Below are positions 56,793-64,000 of a stretch of DNA of 64,000 bases, in pieces (positions within the stretch are counted from its first letter, which is position 1; every line of letters begins with the position of its first letter). The notes under the pieces are model-generated. The model searched no databases and was not told the origin of the DNA. It saw only the letters and a program-made list of their open reading frames with translations. Origin of the DNA: Armatimonadota bacterium (GTDB lineage Bacteria > Armatimonadota > Zipacnadia > Zipacnadales > UBA5352); the NCBI GenBank assembly GCA_034722055.1, contig JAYENL010000314.1:1-64000 (forward strand), in the 5' to 3' direction. The position numbers and the translations under genes are program-made.

Positions 56793-58784
56793 TCACTCCA
56801 CCACCAGCGAGGGTGCCGGGAAGAAGTAGTGCACCACGATCCAGAACGTCAGGATGACGCTCACGCCCAGGATGAGGCCGAATGCCAGCGGTCGAAGGCG
56901 ATTGAAGGCCCGGAAGCCGCCGAACTTGACCACGGTGACCTTCCACAGCCAGCCGATGAAGATCGACATCCAGTAGCGGCTGATAGGCCAGCCCAGCCAG
57001 GCCACGTATCCCAGCGGATGCAGCGGCCACCACACGAACCGCCGGCGCAGGGCCACCAGGCTCCAGGTGAGGCCCGCACCCAGCGCCAGGCCGATCCAGT
57101 CCGCCAGGCCCATCGCCGAGGGCGTCTGCAGATACCGGGCCAGGCGGGTGGTGGTGTTCAGACCCGAGCCGCTGGGCCACCAGCCCAGCTTGGGCACACT
57201 CCAGTTGTAGATAACATACAGCGACGTCACATGGCTGCAGAGAATGGCCACAATGACCGCCAGCATGGCCACCAGGACGATCTGGGCGCGATGGGCCTTC
57301 ATCTCCGCGCCGACCTTCAGCCCCTGCGCCACCGCCGCCATGTTCATGGTGGCAGTGGAGCGGATCTGCGTCCAGCTCGTGGCGGTCATCAGCGCGATGT
57401 TGTGTGCTCCCACGCGCTCGGTGCCGGCGATCTCGAAGATGGCCTCGTTGAGCCGGAAGGGGCTGGAGTAGATGAACATGCCGGCCTCGCAGACCACGCG
57501 CGCCACGACCATCCCCACCAGCGGGAAGGCGGCATACTGCACGATGGCCCACAGCGTGTCCATGCCGACGTATGAGCACCACCACACGATGAAGGCGAAG
57601 GCGCCCAAGAACCCCAGCACGGAGAGCCGGTAGGGCTCATCCGCGTCAGCCGCCTCCGGCCTGCGGCGGACCGTGCCGAAGGCGACGCCCACGGCCTTGC
57701 GGAGGTGGTCGCGGGCCGACCACAGCAGGGCCCCGGCCAGAACCGCATAGCCCCCGATGGTCTGGAACTCGAAGAACTGGTAGTGGCCCACATCCACGCC
57801 CACAGCGATGCGCACGAACTGCTGGATTCGCTGGAACCACCAGAAGAACCACAGCGAGAAGCCCACCTCGGCGGTGAGAAGGTAGGCGATGCCGACCATC
57901 TCGGGGTAGAGGTGCCTGGGGATGTTGTTGAAGGCCGACCACGGGCCGCCGAGGGTGGTGCGGATGGTTTCCTGCAACTGGATGTCGGGGATGGCCGGCC
58001 AGTAGGCGTGCAGGCCCTTGATGGAGTAGAGGATGCACGCGGAGGCGAAGGCGATCCACATCAGGGGGCTGTGCATCAGCTCCGCGGCGCCGCTCGGCTC
58101 CCCCTCCACCACCTCCACCGGCACCTGCACCAGCGGGTACAGCAGACGCTCCTCCCGCTCCCACCGATGCGCCAGGGCGGTCATGAAGCACAGGACCATC
58201 CAGTAGATGGCGAAGAAGAACGGCGTCCACACCAGCAGCGGGGTCACCCAGGCCCGCCAGGGGACGCTCCGGCCCGGCGGAAGGCCCTCGTAGGCCCAGC
58301 GGACGGCCGCGGCCTCCGGGGCGGTGTCAGGCACGAGCATGGGGTTGAGGTCCTCGAGATACAGCTCCGGCGGCGCGATGTCGGGCGTGGCGTAGTACAC
58401 GATGCCCAGCAGGTTCAGGTAGACGTGCTGGGCGAACTCCTGGCCGGCGATGGCTCCCACCACCAGGAGCATCAGGAAGACCAGCAGCAACTCCCGAGCA
58501 TTGAGCCGCAGTCGCCTCGTGACGCGGCCGATCAGCCGCATGGCGGCGTTGGCGCCGATCAGGGCGAGGAGGATGCACACGGCGCCGCGCGGGAGGTAGC
58601 CGGTGCCGATGATCTCGTAGCGGAGGAAGACCCCGAAGCAGCCCACCACGGTGAAGAAGACCACCATGATGAGGCCCACGATGACGGCGCGGGCGGTGAC
58701 CCCGGAGAGCCCCGCCCGCTCCTCGGCCTCCGCAACCACCTGCTCATCGGTGCTGGAGGGGGTATCCAACGCCAGCGCGCTCAC
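56793..58784 (-). CDS. Polytopic membrane protein, DUF6785/DUF6784-type (putative transporter)
   Basis: VTARAVIVG, ELLLVF, W..EERLLYPLVQ, SLWFF, ARVVCEAG and WWPLHPLGY motifs; many TMs. Confidence 0.7.
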   Translation of the reverse strand: MSALALDTPSSTDEQVVAEAEERAGLSGVTARAVIVGLIMVVFFTVVGCFGVFLRYEIIGTGYLPRGAVCILLALIGANAAMRLIGRVTRRLRLNARELLLVFLMLLVVGAIAGQEFAQHVYLNLLGIVYYATPDIAPPELYLEDLNPMLVPDTAPEAAAVRWAYEGLPPGRSVPWRAWVTPLLVWTPFFFAIYWMVLCFMTALAHRWEREERLLYPLVQVPVEVVEGEPSGAAELMHSPLMWIAFASACILYSIKGLHAYWPAIPDIQLQETIRTTLGGPWSAFNNIPRHLYPEMVGIAYLLTAEVGFSLWFFWWFQRIQQFVRIAVGVDVGHYQFFEFQTIGGYAVLAGALLWSARDHLRKAVGVAFGTVRRRPEAADADEPYRLSVLGFLGAFAFIVWWCSYVGMDTLWAIVQYAAFPLVGMVVARVVCEAGMFIYSSPFRLNEAIFEIAGTERVGAHNIALMTATSWTQIRSTATMNMAAVAQGLKVGAEMKAHRAQIVLVAMLAVIVAILCSHVTSLYVIYNWSVPKLGWWPSGSGLNTTTRLARYLQTPSAMGLADWIGLALGAGLTWSLVALRRRFVWWPLHPLGYVAWLGWPISRYWMSIFIGWLWKVTVVKFGGFRAFNRLRPLAFGLILGVSVILTFWIVVHYFFPAPSLVVE

Positions 58785-58940
58785 TCCCCATTCGGATCTC
58801 TCGGGTCCATGCCCAGGGGCGGGAGCCCTATCATTCCGTCCTCACCGGCCGCACACCTGCCGGCACCGAAGGGGGGAGCGGCGGCGGCGGCGAATACTTC
58901 ACTGTCGGCATCACTGGGATTTCGCGGAGAAGCGACTCTC

Positions 58941-61817
58941 ATGGGGCGTCTGCTCGACCGCAGTGTGCCGGAGCGCCTTGGCCTGGCCGTAGGGCTGAGC
59001 CTCTTCCTGCTCGTGCTGCTGTTGGATGGCCTGGGGCGACTTCAGGGCCTGGAGAACACGCTCCTGGGCGTGCGCTACGAGCTCCGTGGCCCCCGCGATC
59101 CCGCCGCGGAGGTCGTGCTGATCCCGTTTGAGGAGGGCAGCATTTTCGCCGGGGAGGGCGCTCTGCCATGGTCGCGGCAGGGCCTGGCGGGAGTGGTGGC
59201 GCGGCTGGATCAGGCCGGCGCTGCCGTCATCGGCCTGGACCTGCCGGCGCTGGCCGGGGGGGTCATCCCCCCGCTGAGACCGGGCGAGGATCGGATGCTG
59301 GCGGCGGCGATGAAGGCGCATGGGGGGGTGGTGCTGCCCATGGTCATCCGGGAGACGGCCTCCGCGGCGCCGCCATCAGACGCCGCGAACCGCTTCGCGC
59401 TGGGGCCGGGGAGGCTACCCAGGCCCGCGCACCTCCGGCCGGGCCATCTGGCGGTGCCCTCCAGGACTCTGTGCGAGGCGGCCGCGGGGCTGGGCACCAC
59501 GAACATCTACCCCGACCTCGACGGCTCCACCATCGAGGCGCCTCTGGCGGCCTCCTGGGGGAGCACCATCTACCCGTCATTCTGGCTGGAGCTGGTGCGG
59601 GTGCTGGAGGGGCTCCCACCCGGCGCCGCCGAGATGGCCGAGGGCGAGGTTCGCGTGGGCCCCCGGAGCTACGCCGTCGATCCCCAGGCGGAGATCCTGA
59701 TCAACTACGTGGGCAAGTACCGTCAGTTCCCGCGCCTTCCCTACCACTCCGCGACCGAGATGCCTCTGGCGAACCTTCGCAGCGTTGTCGAGGGGAGGAT
59801 CGTGCTGGTAGGCAACGACCTGGCGGGCGTGACATCCATGCTGCGCACGCCGACCTCGCCGCTGATGCCGGGCGTTGAGATCGCCGCCACCGTGACGGAG
59901 AATCTGGCGGCGGCCACCATGCTCCGGCGGGCGCCGGCCTGGCTGGTGTGGGTGGCCACGCTGGTGCTGGTGCTGTGCGCGGGATGGATGACGGCCCGGG
60001 CGTCGCCGCTGGGCGGGGTGTTCATGACCCTGATACTGCTGGGCGTTACGGCGGTCGCGGGTCTAGCGCTGTTCATGGTGGGCGTCTACGTGGCGGTCGT
60101 CCCGGCCTTGCTGGCCGTGGCCCTGACGGGCGGGACTCTCACGGTCACTTCTGCCGCGGAGGCCGAGCGCCACCGGACAGAGGCGGAGGGGCGGCTGCAG
60201 TCGCGGCTGCAGGCCATCGCCGGCATCGGCCGCCTGGTGAACTCCAGCCTGGACGACGAGCAGCTTCTCGTGGAGATCCTCCGCTGGGCGGAGAGCGAGA
60301 TCAACGCCGAGGCCTGCTCGCTGCTTCTCATGGAGCCGGACGGTGAGACGCTGCGGTTTGAGGTGGCGCTGGGCGAGAAGGGGCACATGCTCAAGGACAT
60401 CCGCCTCCGCGTTGGCGAGGGCCTGGCCGGGACGGCAGCAGCTACCCGCGAGCCCATCGTGGCCGACGACGTGACAGGCGATGAGCGCTGGAGCCGGGAT
60501 GTGGCCTACGCCATCGACTACGAGACCGAGTCCATCGCCTGCGTGCCCATGGTGCTGCGGGACGAGGTCCTGGGCGTGATCGAGGTCATCAACAAGCGGG
60601 GCGGGAGGTTCGGCGACTACGACATCCAGCTTCTGCAGGTGATCGCCCACCAGTCGGCGCTGTTCCTGGAGAACGCGCGTCTGTATCGGGCGCTGTCGGA
60701 GAAGGTGGACCTGGCCAACGAGGAGCTGCGGCAGGCCAACGAGCGCCTGCAGTTCGAGATGGCGCGCATCGCCACTCTGGTGGACGAGATGGGTGATGCG
60801 GTGGTGGCCACCGACGAGGCCGACCAAGTGGTGATCTTCAACAACGCTGCGGAGCGCATCTTCGGCATCAAGGAGAGCGAGGCTCGCGGTCGGCAGGCGG
60901 TCACCGTCTTCGATCATCCTGAGCTGGCCAGGCTCTTCGGCATGCCCCTGTCGCCGCACGGTGGCTCCTACGAGACGGAGATCACCCTCGACGGGGCTCA
61001 GCCGCTGGTGGTGCGGGCCCAGATCGCGCTTATCGAGCAGCCCGGTCAGGCGGAGGTGGGCAAGTGCGCGGTGTTCAGCGACATCACGCACCTCAAAGAG
61101 CTGGACCGCATGAAGACCGACCTCATCTCGTTCGTCTCCCACGAGCTGAAGAACCCCATCTCGTCGCTGCAGGGGGCTTGCCGCCTGCTGCACGACCGCC
61201 TGGACGTGGAGGACCCCCGCACCGGAAGGCTGCTGGAGATCGCCTCCCGACAGGGGCGCCGGATGCAGCACCTGGTGCAGGGCTTCCTGGACCTGTCCCG
61301 GATCGAGGCCGGGCACCCGCTGGAGCTCAACTGGGAAGAGGTGACTGACCTTCGGGGGCTGATCGGGGAGGTGATGTCCTTGATCCGCGGCATGGGCTCG
61401 GAGCACCACCTGCACGCTGAGGTGGATGAGGACCTGCCGGCCTTCTGGGCCGACCGTGAGAAGCTGGAGGCAGTCCTCATCAACCTCATTGACAACGCGG
61501 TCAAATACTCACCGGACGGCGGCGATGTCACGGTCCGGGCCCTGCTGCGCGATGAGCGGGTGATGATTGAGGTGGAGGACGAGGGAGTGGGGATCCGGGA
61601 GGAGGACCTTCCCAAGCTCTTCAAGAGCTTCCAGCGGATCCACGACTCCACCTACGGGCGGGTGAGCGGCACCGGCGTGGGACTCTACATCTGCAAGCAC
61701 ATCATTGAGGCGCATGGGGGAGACATCACGGTGGAGAGCACCTGGGGGGAGGGATCCATCTTCCGCCTGCACATCCCCCTGCGCGAGGCGCCGCCGGAGG
61801 GCGCGGCGGACCGATGA
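58941..61817 (+). CDS. Sensor histidine kinase CHASE2-3TM-GAF-PAS-HisKA-HATPase
   Basis: LPWSR, GAAVIGLD and MPGVEI (CHASE2); GEGLAG and GVIEVINK (GAF); FNNAAERIFG (PAS); SHELKNP, NLIDNAVKYS, DEGVG and GTGVGL boxes. Confidence 0.92.
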   Translation: MGRLLDRSVPERLGLAVGLSLFLLVLLLDGLGRLQGLENTLLGVRYELRGPRDPAAEVVLIPFEEGSIFAGEGALPWSRQGLAGVVARLDQAGAAVIGLDLPALAGGVIPPLRPGEDRMLAAAMKAHGGVVLPMVIRETASAAPPSDAANRFALGPGRLPRPAHLRPGHLAVPSRTLCEAAAGLGTTNIYPDLDGSTIEAPLAASWGSTIYPSFWLELVRVLEGLPPGAAEMAEGEVRVGPRSYAVDPQAEILINYVGKYRQFPRLPYHSATEMPLANLRSVVEGRIVLVGNDLAGVTSMLRTPTSPLMPGVEIAATVTENLAAATMLRRAPAWLVWVATLVLVLCAGWMTARASPLGGVFMTLILLGVTAVAGLALFMVGVYVAVVPALLAVALTGGTLTVTSAAEAERHRTEAEGRLQSRLQAIAGIGRLVNSSLDDEQLLVEILRWAESEINAEACSLLLMEPDGETLRFEVALGEKGHMLKDIRLRVGEGLAGTAAATREPIVADDVTGDERWSRDVAYAIDYETESIACVPMVLRDEVLGVIEVINKRGGRFGDYDIQLLQVIAHQSALFLENARLYRALSEKVDLANEELRQANERLQFEMARIATLVDEMGDAVVATDEADQVVIFNNAAERIFGIKESEARGRQAVTVFDHPELARLFGMPLSPHGGSYETEITLDGAQPLVVRAQIALIEQPGQAEVGKCAVFSDITHLKELDRMKTDLISFVSHELKNPISSLQGACRLLHDRLDVEDPRTGRLLEIASRQGRRMQHLVQGFLDLSRIEAGHPLELNWEEVTDLRGLIGEVMSLIRGMGSEHHLHAEVDEDLPAFWADREKLEAVLINLIDNAVKYSPDGGDVTVRALLRDERVMIEVEDEGVGIREEDLPKLFKSFQRIHDSTYGRVSGTGVGLYICKHIIEAHGGDITVESTWGEGSIFRLHIPLREAPPEGAADR

Positions 61818-62023
61818 GAGATCACCGGCTGCGGGAGGGGGACGTGGTGCGCCTGAAGAAGCCCCATCCCTGTGGGGCCAATGCCTGGGAGGTCATGCGG
61901 CTGGGCATGGACATCAAGCTCCGGTGCACCGGCTGCGGACACATCATACGCATGGCGCGGTCGCGCCTGGAACGTCGCATTCGGGGGTACGTGGAAGACG
62001 ACGGGGACGGTGGGGAGGCGTGA
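61814..62023 (+). CDS. DUF951 family protein
   Basis: GDVVRLKKPHPCG..WEVMRLGMDIKLRCTGCG. Confidence 0.9.
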   Translation: MRDHRLREGDVVRLKKPHPCGANAWEVMRLGMDIKLRCTGCGHIIRMARSRLERRIRGYVEDDGDGGEA

Positions 62024-62493
62024 AGGAGGCGCAGTTCTTGCGCCAGACCTTCGCCAGGCTGCCCACGGCCGATTGTGAGGGCTGCCACGGCTGCGCCTCG
62101 CGCTGTGTGGGCAATCTTCGCATCACGCGGACCGAGTTCGAGGCCATTGGCGACTACCTCGGTGGCGGGATGTACTTCCCCGCCGCTCGGACCAACGCGC
62201 AGATGGTGGTGCCGTGCGAGTTCAGCGAGCCGGATGGGCCGCACTGTGTCATCTACCCGGTGCGACCGCTGATCTGTCGCCTCTTCGGGATAGTGCCGTG
62301 GCTGCCGTGCCCGCTCGGGCGGGCCCTGCCGACGGTCCCCGACGCGGCGGAGATCATGCAGCAGTATCAGCAGTTCGAGCGCCACAGCTTCCGGCAGTGG
62401 CTGCGCTGCGGCCCATCGCGCGGGACCGTCCTGGCGCCGGATGCAGCGACACGCACAGGAAGGATGCAGACATCGAGACATGGCAACAGTTGA
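62020..62493 (+). CDS. YkgJ/CxxCxxCC family Fe-S or Zn cluster protein
   Basis: CEGCHGCASRC, CEF and CVIYPVRPLICRLFG; GTG start overlaps the DUF951 stop. Confidence 0.82.
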   Translation: MKEAQFLRQTFARLPTADCEGCHGCASRCVGNLRITRTEFEAIGDYLGGGMYFPAARTNAQMVVPCEFSEPDGPHCVIYPVRPLICRLFGIVPWLPCPLGRALPTVPDAAEIMQQYQQFERHSFRQWLRCGPSRGTVLAPDAATRTGRMQTSRHGNS

Positions 62494-62923
62494 GAGCATG
62501 GTGCAGATCGACGCTTCCGTTGACCGCGTGTATGAGATCGCCCGCGACATCGAGGCCTTCCCGGAGTTCATGGATGACGTGGTTGAGGTGGAGATCCTGG
62601 AGCAGACCCCGGAGCGGCAGGTGAGCCGCTGGGTGGGGCTGATCAAGGAGTTCAATCGCACCATCGAGTGGACCGAGGAGGACCTCTGGGACGCCGAGGA
62701 GCGGAGCTGTCGCTTCTGCATGCTGGAGGGCGACTTCACCGCCTACAGCGGCATCTGGCTCTTCGAGGAGGTTGACGGCGGGACGGTGGCGAACCTCACC
62801 GTGGAATACGAGTACGATGTCCCGCTGATCGGTCCGCTGATCAAGAAGCTCCTGCACCGCAAGGTTCAGGAGAACTGTGATAACATGCTCGAGGCCATCA
62901 AGGACAGGGCCGAGAGCGAGTGA
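62480..62923 (+). CDS. SRPBCC/START-domain polyketide cyclase-like protein
   Basis: VYEIARDIEAFPEFM, WTEED, EGDF..YSGIW and LEAIKDRAE motifs. Confidence 0.88.
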   Translation: MATVESMVQIDASVDRVYEIARDIEAFPEFMDDVVEVEILEQTPERQVSRWVGLIKEFNRTIEWTEEDLWDAEERSCRFCMLEGDFTAYSGIWLFEEVDGGTVANLTVEYEYDVPLIGPLIKKLLHRKVQENCDNMLEAIKDRAESE

Positions 62924-62985
62924 GTCGTGGACTGCTCCCGGCCGGAGCATCGTGATCGCCGGCGCAGTGTTGTGTCGGCCGCAGC

Positions 62986-63014
62986 TTGAGCGCGGGGTGC
63001 GGTTGTGATATACT
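62986..63014 (+). promoter_or_regulatory. sigma70-type promoter
   Basis: TTGAGC-N17-TATACT with extended -10 TG. Confidence 0.55.
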
Positions 63015-63067
63015 GCGCCGGAGGCTGCATCGGATCCGGCCGGGCGCATCGAAAGGTGAGGTGCGAG

Positions 63068-63973
63068 ATGCAGATTCACCGCAACTATCGCACTGGGTTT
63101 GCAGTCATCGTCTCCGTGCTGTGCTGTCTTCTGGTGGTGGGCGTTGCGGACGCGCGCGAGGTGCAGCTTGCGGGCATCCGTCTCGGCCAGCACGCCGTGA
63201 ACCTGCTGGACATCTACGGGCAGCCCATGGGCATCGCCACCGGCCAGGGCCAGGCCTTCGCCGGTGGGGGGGCCGGCGCCGGCATGGGCGCCGGAATGGG
63301 CATGGGCGCTGAGATGCCTGGAGCGGCCATGGGCGCTGAGATGCCAGGGATGGGCCCCGGGATGGGCCCCGGCATGGGTATGGAGCCGGGTATGGGCGCG
63401 ATGCCGGCCGGACCTGAGGCCGGCATGGCCCCGGAGGCCGGGATGATGGGGCCCGGCGAGTTCCCGGGAGCCGAGATGGGCGCGCCCGGTGCCGGGCCGG
63501 CGGTCGGCGCTGCAGCCGCGGGCGCCGGGGTCCAGCGCGGCGCCTACCCCACGTGGGCCCTCCCGGTGTGGGTGGACCTGGGCTCGAACGAGATCCAGTG
63601 GCTGTATCGCGTGCGAGGCGTGGTGCTGGGCTTCGTGCTGGATCGCGACGGCTACATCAACTCCATTGCCATTGCCGGCGAGGAGTGTGACTTCGCCCGC
63701 ACCAGCCTGTGGCAGCCACATCAGTACGTGAAGCTCGGCGACACCTACAAGCATGTGATCTACCGTTACGGCTGGCCGGACGAGACCCTGACCTACTTCT
63801 CGCAGGGGCAGGGCGAAGTGGGGACGGGCGGCGGGCCGGTCAGCGTTACGTTCGGCGGCACGGTGCGCGAGTTCTCCCGCGACTCCATCCTGCGCTACAC
63901 CGAGCACAATAACGTGGAGTTCACCTTCCACGATATGAAGTGTGTCCGCATCCACATCTGGACCCACGAGTGA
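63068..63973 (+). CDS. Hypothetical secreted protein with Gly/Met/Pro/Ala low-complexity insertion
   Basis: Signal peptide (ADA|R); two ..LG....YG.P repeats flank a GMGPGM-rich tract of about 95 aa; AGGTGAGG RBS. Confidence 0.8.
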   Translation: MQIHRNYRTGFAVIVSVLCCLLVVGVADAREVQLAGIRLGQHAVNLLDIYGQPMGIATGQGQAFAGGGAGAGMGAGMGMGAEMPGAAMGAEMPGMGPGMGPGMGMEPGMGAMPAGPEAGMAPEAGMMGPGEFPGAEMGAPGAGPAVGAAAAGAGVQRGAYPTWALPVWVDLGSNEIQWLYRVRGVVLGFVLDRDGYINSIAIAGEECDFARTSLWQPHQYVKLGDTYKHVIYRYGWPDETLTYFSQGQGEVGTGGGPVSVTFGGTVREFSRDSILRYTEHNNVEFTFHDMKCVRIHIWTHE

Positions 63974-64000
63974 GCGGCGCAGCACGTAGACCGAACAGGC

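Noticed and set aside
57705..58940. N-terminal extensions of track ORFs (kinase from 57705, lyase from 57585, DUF4838 from 16825, SLH protein from 8998)
   Set aside because: They overlap neighbouring genes or promoters; downstream starts with an RBS, signal peptide or first TM helix fit better.

Overview
High-GC (roughly 70% by eye) bacterial chromosomal segment with about 47 protein-coding genes plus two short leader ORFs. I found no rRNA, tRNA, CRISPR array, prophage or transposase. The gene content suggests an anaerobic diderm Terrabacterium, most likely Armatimonadota (inference): an SLH + beta-barrel envelope protein, stalk/copper-amine-oxidase-N fusions, DUF4838, a DUF6785/6784-type membrane protein and a Firmicutes-like rpmE-DUF1385-prfA-prmC-sua5 operon. 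Main blocks, in order: the 3' end of a probable group IIC intron at the first bases; the RDD/SpoIIM/DUF58/MoxR/DUF4350/DUF4129 cluster; an OmpM-like SLH-porin with a collagen stalk; translation genes; ftsK-DNA MTase-rimO-wHTH protein-gltX; cysK plus a methanogen-type homocysteine synthase pair (DUF39 + NIL-ferredoxin); a xylulokinase/glycerate kinase sugar cluster; a foldase-GT2-GT-C-malectin/hydrolase locus; a heparinase-like lyase with a transporter-like protein; and a CHASE2 histidine kinase operon. Many of the larger intergenic regions hold several families of REP/REPIN-like palindromes. Most notable: (i) two unannotated Met-codon-rich leader ORFs in the Cys/homocysteine operon, one followed by a terminator-like hairpin, which may be a methionine-sensing attenuation system; (ii) a group II intron apparently inserted at a REP hairpin; (iii) a collagen-stalked OmpM; (iv) a multi-wHTH/B3-like protein in the same strand-block as an orphan permuted MTase; (v) paired divergent ECF-type promoters. 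All assignments come from motif recognition by eye; no database searches were run.
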